Part shown: one piece after another, positions 10,076 to 18,572 of the stretch | Position numbering within the stretch: position 1 is the first letter of the stretch | How the letters are laid out: every line of letters starts with the position of its first letter | NCBI GenBank assembly: GCA_036339735.1 | Contig: JAYZAL010000064.1 | Span: 32,001-96,000, forward strand | Origin: Candidatus Poribacteria bacterium | Lineage (GTDB): Bacteria; Poribacteria; WGA-4E; UBA9662 | Length of the DNA stretch: 64,000 bases | Direction: 5' to 3' | Notes under the pieces: model-generated | The model's database searches: none | Told to the model about the DNA's origin: nothing | The model's input: the letters and a program-made list of their open reading frames with translations, nothing else | Position numbers and translations under genes: made by a program

Positions 10076-13000
10076 CTAGTTTTCAATTGGCCTAACACAG
10101 CGAAAACCAATACCGGGGTACCCTGATTCAGGGGAAGCTTTTTCTCGGTTTGTGAGTGAAGTCATGAACCCATCTTCATGTAAACTTATTCCTCCGCGAA
10201 CAGCTTTCAATCCAGTATGGTCAACAGGCCCCGTCGGGTTTGAAGATATACCACTTTTAGAGTAATAGGTAGCGTCATACCAGTCAGCGACCCATTCCCA
10301 AGCATTTCCACACATATTATATATATTGTTCCGAGTTTTTCCATCTGGATGACGGTCAATTGGAGCCAAACCTCTCCCCGTTTGGATATTTACCAAGCTC
10401 GTAACTATGCCATTCCAACGATTTCCCCAAGCCCATCTAGGCCGGGTTTTAATACCTGAAAAATTACCCAACGCAGCCCGTTCCCACTCAGCTTCAGTCG
10501 GCAATCTTTTTCCAACCCATTCTGCATAATCATTCGCATCTTTCCAACTAACGTTCACAACAGGGAATTTGCCCATTCCTTTTGGGTATTTTCGGCCATT
10601 CCAGTGACTTGGTGGCATGCGATTAGTCGCATCCACAAAATCTTTGTACTCTGCATTTGTTACCTCATATTGATCAATATAATATGCTGACAAATTGACT
10701 AACCTCTCAGGTTTTTCATCGGATTCCCCATTTTCATTTCCCATCATGAAAGGAATTGTAGTGGCTGGAACATAGACCATACTTAAAGGAGCGTCAAGGT
10801 CAATTACCTTTGTGACGATAGCACTTTCATTCCCAGCTCGATCCTTAAATTTAACGAAAACTTTCTTTGGGCCTGGAGTTGATTCAACTAACCAATTAAG
10901 GGTTGAAGTGTAAGATTCCCATTCATTAAACTCTTGAGTGTTAGAGACTGACATTTGATAAACACCACTAGCGTCAGTAACGGCAAACTCTAGCTTCAAT
11001 TGCGGAGACTTCGTTTTTCCCTTTCCCCCATTAATTTCGAATTTATGAACAAACGGAGGTTGTTGATCAATCACGAGGCTACGATTAACAAAAGTTGTCT
11101 GACCGACCAAAACAGTGATCGGGGAAACCCTAATTTCATCAGTTCCCGATCGGTGAATAGAATAATTTCGATCACTTTCTAGATCCGTGATAGACCAATG
11201 GTCTCCAGAGGTAATTGTTTCGACTCTCAAAGAGTTAGATAACTTTATATTATTTTTACGTAGAGCAAGAATAAAAGGTTCCGTGAGATGTTGGTGAATT
11301 TCAAATTCACGTGCTATCTCGTCTACATCTATGTCAATTGTTACAGGAGCTTCCTCGACCATATATTTACCCGTATCAATCTTTAGTTGGTACTCTCCGG
11401 CAGGAATATCTCGGATAGTGGTTGGTGTTAGGTAAGGTTTTAGTTGAACTTCGGCACGTCCAACCGAAAATTTCTCTGAAGCTGCTGGTGAAAAAATTAA
11501 CGATCGCATCTGCCGTGGCTGGAGGCGAATATTAGCTTTCCCGACTTCAATTTGAACTTCGATAGGAGGCTCTATGTCGATTTCCGTAACCTGATCCGTA
11601 ACCTCGGCTTTTTTTACGGTAAGTTCCTTTCTTTCCGATATTTCACCATTTTCACCCAACTGCTCTAAATACAGAGTGTCTCCCGGAAATACAGCCGTAC
11701 CTTGTTCCACTACTAATACTTGACCACCTTTGTTGATCTCTTCTAATACCGGTATTTTTGGACCAACCCGTTGTTCTACGTTTTTAATTCCAATGATTTT
11801 ATGATCAGATCGAAACGCCACTAAACCATCAGCTGTCCGATTCTGAAGCCAAACTTTGTCGCCAATTTCAAAAACACGAATCGTTTTGGGCACCATATGT
11901 GTATCTCCAGGTTCCACCCCTCGAATAAGTGGGATAGGATCAGCTACGAGTTTTTCTAATGCCGTAGAGTTATCGGTGAACTGTGGTACTATTTTGATTA
12001 CTGCATTTGAAGGATCCGACAAGATTGTAATACTACCTCTACCACGCTTTAAGGTTAGAGGGGGAAATTTGGTAACTTCGCCAGATTGTATGAGTGCAAG
12101 CTTTTGTTCTGGTAAGTAAAACGATTTTGAAACTGTAATCTTACTCAATCGAAAAACTTGAGCCATATTCGAAAAGTTTCTTCTGAGACTATCCTTAAGT
12201 ATGAGTCGAGTTTGCCTCTCACCGCGACTACTAGATACTAACTGAGGCTCCAAGACCTCAGCGATCTCACTAATTTTAATACGAAATATCTTACACTTTC
12301 CCGTTGAGTAAGTATTTTTTACAGGATATTTCAATGTGATTTTGTTTATTCTATCCGCTACTGATTCAATTTCTGGTAAAGATTCTTCTCTCGTGACTCC
12401 TTCTTCGATGCTAATTACATCTCCAGCTCCAAACTCTGATGTTGAAGAGACAAATAACTCTACATCCCCAGGTTGTAGATCCTTCAATAGACTAACGGAG
12501 ACACCTGTGTTGTCAATTTCCTGAACCAATATATGACTTTCTTTAGGAAAATCAGCGCGCCACCCGATCTTTAGGCTGTGGTAAACCGATACCTTTCCGT
12601 CGCTCATTAAATAACTGCTATTTAGTGGATTTTTTAGTATGATTTTATTTCCTAGTTCAGTGACTGACTCAACTATAGGCAACGGCTTTTCAATGAATGA
12701 ATTGACTCCTATCTCTTGCTTAATCGTAACAACATCTCCAACTTCGAACCCTATGATTGACTCAACGTATATTTCGTTTTCTCCGGAACGGACATCTTTT
12801 ACTAAATGAGTCTTTACGGCTTTAGCATCTTCAACCAAATTGGCTGGTTCAACAACTGGCACGGCGATTACCTGGCCTTTATTAGGAGGTTGTATACGAA
12901 ATACACGAGCCGTTTTTGGGTCACTGACCTCGCTCCTTTGCCCAACACCAAAACTATCTGCTAAAGCAGGCTGGACAAAGAGAGTTGGCATCAAATTAAG

Positions 13001-13390
13001 TACTCCTATTCGAATTACAGTGTGGTCAGAGTAAATTTGCATATTGTCCATTTCGTTCCCACTTTGAAGGATACGTACACGGTCTCCCACGGAAAATCCT
13101 TCAGTAGTTCGAACGGAAACTCGATCATCACCTTTGTCTGAAGGTCGAATTAGCGGGACAGGATCACCTAACATCGGAACCTCGTCCAAAAGTTGACGAC
13201 TGCGTATTGGCCGAGGTTGTTGTTTCTGTGCTCGCTTCAAATTTTCATCAATTTGAATTTGTGCATCTGGAGGGTCTACCTCTATATAAAGATACCCATA
13301 ACCGCTTGCGCGAAGTAACGACACAGGAGATAATACGCAAAGACCAATAATAAAAATAGAAATTATATTTTTCAAGTTCATAACACCCAA
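10076..13390 (-). CDS. large secreted multidomain protein: PEGA-like domains, five beta-repeat units, Ig-like domain, C-terminal FGE-sulfatase (SUMF1)-fold domain
   Basis: Signal peptide; GYLYIEVDPPDAQIQID and GSITILSDPSNA (PEGA-like); F.MG...DEKP, YEVTN, PVVNVSW.DA, RLPTEAEWE.AA, M.GNAWEW, GFRC (FGE fold). Confidence 0.8.
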   Translation of the reverse strand: MGVMNLKNIISIFIIGLCVLSPVSLLRASGYGYLYIEVDPPDAQIQIDENLKRAQKQQPRPIRSRQLLDEVPMLGDPVPLIRPSDKGDDRVSVRTTEGFSVGDRVRILQSGNEMDNMQIYSDHTVIRIGVLNLMPTLFVQPALADSFGVGQRSEVSDPKTARVFRIQPPNKGQVIAVPVVEPANLVEDAKAVKTHLVKDVRSGENEIYVESIIGFEVGDVVTIKQEIGVNSFIEKPLPIVESVTELGNKIILKNPLNSSYLMSDGKVSVYHSLKIGWRADFPKESHILVQEIDNTGVSVSLLKDLQPGDVELFVSSTSEFGAGDVISIEEGVTREESLPEIESVADRINKITLKYPVKNTYSTGKCKIFRIKISEIAEVLEPQLVSSSRGERQTRLILKDSLRRNFSNMAQVFRLSKITVSKSFYLPEQKLALIQSGEVTKFPPLTLKRGRGSITILSDPSNAVIKIVPQFTDNSTALEKLVADPIPLIRGVEPGDTHMVPKTIRVFEIGDKVWLQNRTADGLVAFRSDHKIIGIKNVEQRVGPKIPVLEEINKGGQVLVVEQGTAVFPGDTLYLEQLGENGEISERKELTVKKAEVTDQVTEIDIEPPIEVQIEVGKANIRLQPRQMRSLIFSPAASEKFSVGRAEVQLKPYLTPTTIRDIPAGEYQLKIDTGKYMVEEAPVTIDIDVDEIAREFEIHQHLTEPFILALRKNNIKLSNSLRVETITSGDHWSITDLESDRNYSIHRSGTDEIRVSPITVLVGQTTFVNRSLVIDQQPPFVHKFEINGGKGKTKSPQLKLEFAVTDASGVYQMSVSNTQEFNEWESYTSTLNWLVESTPGPKKVFVKFKDRAGNESAIVTKVIDLDAPLSMVYVPATTIPFMMGNENGESDEKPERLVNLSAYYIDQYEVTNAEYKDFVDATNRMPPSHWNGRKYPKGMGKFPVVNVSWKDANDYAEWVGKRLPTEAEWERAALGNFSGIKTRPRWAWGNRWNGIVTSLVNIQTGRGLAPIDRHPDGKTRNNIYNMCGNAWEWVADWYDATYYSKSGISSNPTGPVDHTGLKAVRGGISLHEDGFMTSLTNREKASPESGYPGIGFRCVRPIEN

Positions 13391-13394
13391 CTAA

Positions 13395-13742
13395 CTAAGC
13401 ACTCCTACTTTCCCACTTCCGATCTATCGAATAGACAAAAGCCAAAACCTCAGCTACTATTTGATAAAACTCTGGAGGGACTTCAGTTCCAACTTCAAGT
13501 TTGGCCAAGGCCTCCACTACGTCTGGCTGTTCGTAAATCGGTACGTCATGTTGCCTTGCTAATTCAACTATCCGATTAGCAATTTCGCCATCACCACCCG
13601 CGAGTATTTTGGGCGCTGAGTCAAATTCAGGTTGATAACGCAGAGCAATAGCCTTCTGTTTTTTTCTTAGTAATATATCCTTACTATTTTCTATTATTTC
13701 AACATCGCTGAGATTTTTTCGTTCGCTATGCACTGACATCAA
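13395..13742 (-). CDS. stand-alone FlhB cytoplasmic-domain-like protein (EscU/YscU/HrcU family, YlqH/FlhX type)
   Basis: KAIALRY...APKILAGG.G.IA.RI..LA..H.VP, EVPPEFYQIVAEVLAFVY; no TM domain and no NPTH. Confidence 0.9.
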   Translation of the reverse strand: MMSVHSERKNLSDVEIIENSKDILLRKKQKAIALRYQPEFDSAPKILAGGDGEIANRIVELARQHDVPIYEQPDVVEALAKLEVGTEVPPEFYQIVAEVLAFVYSIDRKWESRSA

Positions 13743-15051
13743 TTCGTCCCATGTTTACTGATATTTGTGAAACGTCAGTAATAACCTCTACTCCAGTTCT
13801 CTTCGAATCAATAACTTGAAATGCGACATCATCCAAATTGTAACGGATTGACTGCATACGTTCAAGGAGGTCAACTTTCTCATCAATAATGAAACTATTA
13901 TACTGTTGTTTCTCTGACATTATTAGACAGTTCATCTGTCTCTTTTGAACACGCAAATCGAACTTTAAGCTGCCAAGATTTTCTGTTTCAATTGACATTT
14001 CCAAGTGCATATTTTCCGTATCCAGTTTATCTTGGTCGTCTAAGTTATACCCCAAAACTTCCGCTGATAAATCCTTCTTATTTACACTGTATGGAATCTG
14101 AAAATAAACTTGGCTTCGTCCCGTAATCAATGGGTTCATAGCCAATTCTAACGCATCAATCTGACACAATACCGAATCGATGGCTTTATGCACTCGACTC
14201 AAGGATTCATCGGAGTACGGCATTTCTAATACGAGTTGGGTCTTGAATTGAATCAAATTGGCTTTTAGGCTTTTTCTCTGCAGGAATGCCTCTGAGGCAT
14301 TTGACCTTTGACCAGCTAAAAACAATTTTCGTTCGTATGACAACCCCAACAGGTTCACAGATTGAGAAATTTCTTCAGCTAAATTGTTTGAATTAGGGGC
14401 AATTGAACGCGTTGCTTCCAGAATCTGTCGATACAATTCGCTCTTACTACCAAAAGAATTAATCGAATCTTTAATTGAAGCCGTCAGTTCACTTCGTAAT
14501 AACCTAAATCTCTGGTGTAATTTGTCTTGCCGATAATAAAGATTTTTTAAAGCTCGAAACAGATGAGATTTAGGCGGAAAGTTTAACAACCAGCTAGTAA
14601 AGAGAAAGTTTGTACTGTAGCTCGTTCCTGATAGCGAATCAGCTTTTTGAGCATACTGAGCGAAATCAATCACGATACAAGGATCAATTGGAGTTTTATT
14701 CTGATACAGAATTTGAGCAAAATCGAGATGTCGCTGATTAGAAGGTAAACCAGCATCGTTAAGTAGAGATGTAATCTCAGAGTCAAATTTAGAGGGCATC
14801 GTACTTGTAGGAATAAAACTCATTCGTACTCCTCCTTTCAACGATATGACTTTTGCCTCAACTTCTTGACCTCGTCTGAGCCTAGATTTTATTTCAGTGA
14901 CTAACTTCTGTCCCTTAAAATTGATTAGGAATTGATTATTACCCAATACACGAACAACAATACCCTTTAAGATTTCGCCAGATTTTAATCCGGATTTAAA
15001 TGATGAAATCGACGGGTCTGTGACACGACCTAAAATTGGAGTCAATTTCAT
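13726..15051 (-). CDS. FliK-like protein (YlqG-type)
   Basis: N-terminal small beta domain (GEILKGIVV...FLINFKG); C-terminal YFQIP...IETENLGSLKFDL resembling the FliK-C fold; overlaps the FlhB-C-like gene. Confidence 0.6.
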   Translation of the reverse strand: MKLTPILGRVTDPSISSFKSGLKSGEILKGIVVRVLGNNQFLINFKGQKLVTEIKSRLRRGQEVEAKVISLKGGVRMSFIPTSTMPSKFDSEITSLLNDAGLPSNQRHLDFAQILYQNKTPIDPCIVIDFAQYAQKADSLSGTSYSTNFLFTSWLLNFPPKSHLFRALKNLYYRQDKLHQRFRLLRSELTASIKDSINSFGSKSELYRQILEATRSIAPNSNNLAEEISQSVNLLGLSYERKLFLAGQRSNASEAFLQRKSLKANLIQFKTQLVLEMPYSDESLSRVHKAIDSVLCQIDALELAMNPLITGRSQVYFQIPYSVNKKDLSAEVLGYNLDDQDKLDTENMHLEMSIETENLGSLKFDLRVQKRQMNCLIMSEKQQYNSFIIDEKVDLLERMQSIRYNLDDVAFQVIDSKRTGVEVITDVSQISVNMGRIDVSA

Positions 15052-15573
15052 CTACCTAGCAAGCCTTTGTAGTTCTTTTGCTAGTGCATCGGGGGGCAAA
15101 TCAACATTTCGATTAACAATTTGTCGAATTTGATCATTGGATTTGTTGAAGTCTCCCGAATAAAAGTATGCTTGAGCCAAAATCAGATGCAGGTGCCTCT
15201 TATTGACTCTAGAGTTAAAAACTGCCTGATAGTCAGCATTTGCTTTTTCCAGTGCAACGTTCGCATGCTTAATTGCCTCGGGAAATTGATTTGTTGACAG
15301 ATATATGCTGGCCAAACCAGCATTCGCATCAACATTACCCTCATCTTCTTTGAGTACTGCAGTGAATATACCCATGGCATCATCAACTTTACCTTCGGTT
15401 ATTTTCTTCCCTGCTTTTTTCAAGTCGGCAGTTTTATCAACAACAACAACTTCTTCTTTTACTAAGTTGTCATAGTTCCTATCGTTACAACCAAAGATAT
15501 ACAAGCAAAAAATAGTAACAAATAAACAACTCTTTATAAGCTTATTTAAAGCAAAATGCCGTACACGAAACAC
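15052..15573 (-). CDS. TPR-repeat lipoprotein
   Basis: Lipobox IFG-C after a hydrophobic stretch; TPR-like helices ANAGLASIYL...AIKHA and LILAQAYFYSGDF. Confidence 0.7.
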   Translation of the reverse strand: MFRVRHFALNKLIKSCLFVTIFCLYIFGCNDRNYDNLVKEEVVVVDKTADLKKAGKKITEGKVDDAMGIFTAVLKEDEGNVDANAGLASIYLSTNQFPEAIKHANVALEKANADYQAVFNSRVNKRHLHLILAQAYFYSGDFNKSNDQIRQIVNRNVDLPPDALAKELQRLAR

Positions 15574-15581
15574 GATTTCTC

Positions 15582-17351
15582 CTACCTTAAAGTAAAAGTA
15601 CTCATTGAAGGTGAAATATCCCGACCTAGATTATCTCTACCAATTACAGTGGCAACGACTTTAACCCCATCTTTTGGTAAACTATCGAGTTGGTAACCTA
15701 CAGTCCAAACACTCTGTGTCTGATCGATTCTTTTCATCATCAATGTTCGAGGCGTTAAATCAGGCGATTCTGGGAAAGTCAAACCAACAGTGAGGTCTGC
15801 AACATTATCCAAGATCGATACAATTTTAAACTCGTAGCGCAGAATTGGATTACGAATTAATATAACGGGAAACGTTTTTTCTGTATCAGTAGGAAGATCA
15901 AAAACAGATATTGTTATAGCTGTCTCTTCCACTTTCTTGTTTTCAAATTTAGCAATTACTTTGACTTTTTCAGAAGCCCCAACCCAGTCCCTTTGAGGTC
16001 TCAATGTCAAAATTCTATTCTTAATAATAACCGACACATGTTCAGAAGAGATAGCTTCCCACACAATATCATTAAAAACTTCCCTAGGTTCTATGTCTAA
16101 ATAACGGTTCAGATCGATATGGTGTTCTTCATTCTTAATCAATGACACCGTATTTGGAAGAGTTAAGTCAAGTTTTACAAAAGGAAGTGGTTGAACTGAA
16201 ACTTCTAACTCGCCACGGTCAAAATTACCATCAGGATCTGTAACAATGACAAACATTTTAAACTTTTTTGTATTGGCTACTGGATTCAATGACCGAAATG
16301 TCAGACGTGGTGGGTTATCAATAATACCTTTCGACTTGTCTAAACGATTTGCGCTGACTCCACCGATGACAAGTGCAGTTGGCATCCCATCAATAGACCA
16401 GCTTAATTCGGCGTTCTTATGATCCATATCTTTGACAAAGTTGTCTAGTAGCAAAATCTCCTCTGAACCAGCACGAAAACTTAGCTCAGGAAAACGAATC
16501 AAAACAGGAATCCCCTTATTATCAAGCCATAACGTTGCGGTGTCGATAGCGAGCGAATCACCAATCTTCAAAGAAACCCGCAAGTCAACTTTGACGACTT
16601 CGCCTTTTGATTTGGGCAAAAGGTCTCCCACGATAAGCTGGTTGGCTACATTCAATTCAACTTTCTTAGGTCTTCCTTTATCATCTTCTGCATTCAGTAC
16701 CCAATTAAGTTTTGGTCTTCCTTCTGTTCCTGAAATTATCACAAATTTATCTAATGGAACATTCTTGCCTGGATTTTCGGAAACAAATCTCTGAAGGTCA
16801 TATCGATCAATTTTGACTAACGTGTTCTTAACCTCAATATTAGCATCAACTAAATCTTTAAATGATCTCAGGCGAGGCTTTCCATCCTTAAGTTGTGTGA
16901 ATAGAGTATATTTCCCTTTGTTCCAGTGTACTTTTGGGTCTCGGTTGAATAGGATACGTGTTTTTCCACTTCCACGACCAACAAACTGAACTTTTGCAAC
17001 AACACCACGTCCTTTTGGGTAAGGAGCAGCATTCGAAATGACAGCAAACCCGACTTCTGTTGTGGATACAATCTTATTCAGGACCACAGTCCCTGTGTAA
17101 AATGGCCCTTGAACAAAAGGCGTCTCTTGGTTTACCAACCGTAACTTGTTAGGCTCGTATGTTAAATATACTTCGACACCAGCACTTGGAGTATCGCCTA
17201 CATCAATAAAAATCTCGAGATCTATTAAATCTCCTTGTTGAACTGTGATATCACTTTTTAGACTATCAGTACTACGAAGCCGAATCTCTGCTCCACTGGC
17301 TGCAGTCTTAAACAATAGAACTAAAAAAATATAGGAGAGTAGTTTATTCAC
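15582..17351 (-). CDS. secreted protein with N-terminal cohesin-like domain and cadherin/Ig-like repeats
   Basis: Signal peptide; VQQGDLIDLEIFID...GVEVYLTYEPNKLRL...G.GVVAKVQF..G.GKTRILF (cohesin pattern); LDNFVKDMD...LSWS and VTDPDG (cadherin-like). Confidence 0.65.
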   Translation of the reverse strand: MNKLLSYIFLVLLFKTAASGAEIRLRSTDSLKSDITVQQGDLIDLEIFIDVGDTPSAGVEVYLTYEPNKLRLVNQETPFVQGPFYTGTVVLNKIVSTTEVGFAVISNAAPYPKGRGVVAKVQFVGRGSGKTRILFNRDPKVHWNKGKYTLFTQLKDGKPRLRSFKDLVDANIEVKNTLVKIDRYDLQRFVSENPGKNVPLDKFVIISGTEGRPKLNWVLNAEDDKGRPKKVELNVANQLIVGDLLPKSKGEVVKVDLRVSLKIGDSLAIDTATLWLDNKGIPVLIRFPELSFRAGSEEILLLDNFVKDMDHKNAELSWSIDGMPTALVIGGVSANRLDKSKGIIDNPPRLTFRSLNPVANTKKFKMFVIVTDPDGNFDRGELEVSVQPLPFVKLDLTLPNTVSLIKNEEHHIDLNRYLDIEPREVFNDIVWEAISSEHVSVIIKNRILTLRPQRDWVGASEKVKVIAKFENKKVEETAITISVFDLPTDTEKTFPVILIRNPILRYEFKIVSILDNVADLTVGLTFPESPDLTPRTLMMKRIDQTQSVWTVGYQLDSLPKDGVKVVATVIGRDNLGRDISPSMSTFTLR

Positions 17352-18517
17352 TGCGCTTCTAATGCTCGTTTGATTTGCAGTACTTTCTCAATGTATCTCT
17401 GCGTTTCTGAAGGTAAACTGTTCCTTTTTTTTACCCGAGTAGGTCCGGCATTATAAGCCGCTAAAGCTAACGAGACCTGACCAAATGAATCTATTTGCTG
17501 TTTCAAGTACCTAGCACCACCTGATATATTTTGTCGTGGGTCGAACACATTTGTAACACCAAGATCCTTCGCCGTACCCGCCATAAGTTGGGTCAATCCA
17601 CTTGCTTTTTTAGGAGAAACGGCACGACTATTTCCACCAGACTCAACATAAACAAGTGCAATCAACAATTCAGGGTCTAAGTCATTATCCCTGGCCGCCG
17701 ATCGAATCAGGTTCTTGTACCGATTTACTCGAGCAAGTATTTTGTCGTTTAATTCTTGCTTCCTTTTCGATTTTGCGTCAACTGAAGTGAGTTTTTTTTG
17801 CTGACTTTTTTTAGGTTTTGTGTGGACGAAGCCTTTTTTTGCTAATGACAACTTCTCAGTTGAGGAAGGCGGGGAGATAAAGGGTTTCGCTCCCGAACTT
17901 TTCACCAAATCGATTCTATTATCTGCTTGAGACGATCTAGATTCAATTGATGATTTGACTAGCTCTGCCTGGGATTGGTTATGAGGTTTCAATAAACTTG
18001 ATACAACCGTTGAATTTTGGCTCTGGAACTTATCAAATTCCTTGGCTTTTTGATGAGATTGGTGATGGACAAGTGCCAACCTTTGACGATTTCGACGAAC
18101 TATTGCAGCCTTTGTGTAAAGAGCAGATGCTGTGGACTCTTTCCTTACATCCGAACGACTAGATTTCGAAGCCAAAGGAGTAGGGGGTGAAGATTCTATT
18201 CTTACCTGTGGAATTTTTTGATCCCAGGACTTTGTATTAATAAGAGATTTACCATACAAAGATTCATCACTCTTAATTTTCCAATGAGAAATGACTTTGA
18301 CATCCTTAATGAAGGTCACCCCTCCGTTGTATGCAACATAAGTAGATGAATCAACCGCAGTATAATCTATCCATCGATTTCCCCGATAATCTGTCACAAG
18401 CAACTTATAAATTGTTTTCACTTTTGCCTCAGAATTAGAAACAAAACAGGTAAAGGCAAGAAAGCCTAGAACGGCTAGATATAGAAGCCGATGGAAATTC
18501 AAAATTAGTATGCCCAT
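17348..18517 (-). CDS. lytic transglycosylase (C-terminal SLT domain) with N-terminal signal and low-complexity linker
   Basis: ALVYVESGGN.RAVSPK.A.GL.QLM, FDPRQNI.GG..YL, ALAAYNAGP, ETQ.YI. Confidence 0.92.
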   Translation of the reverse strand: MGILILNFHRLLYLAVLGFLAFTCFVSNSEAKVKTIYKLLVTDYRGNRWIDYTAVDSSTYVAYNGGVTFIKDVKVISHWKIKSDESLYGKSLINTKSWDQKIPQVRIESSPPTPLASKSSRSDVRKESTASALYTKAAIVRRNRQRLALVHHQSHQKAKEFDKFQSQNSTVVSSLLKPHNQSQAELVKSSIESRSSQADNRIDLVKSSGAKPFISPPSSTEKLSLAKKGFVHTKPKKSQQKKLTSVDAKSKRKQELNDKILARVNRYKNLIRSAARDNDLDPELLIALVYVESGGNSRAVSPKKASGLTQLMAGTAKDLGVTNVFDPRQNISGGARYLKQQIDSFGQVSLALAAYNAGPTRVKKRNSLPSETQRYIEKVLQIKRALEAQ

Positions 18518-18572
18518 TAAGGCTAAATTTATAGATTCTTACGAATCGGTTTATGTGGATTGAATGGGTCTT

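Noticed and set aside
10076-10790. FGE-fold domain as the maturation enzyme for the sulfatase, or as a DGR target
   Set aside because: The catalytic Cys pair is absent; no reverse transcriptase or template repeat is visible in the window.
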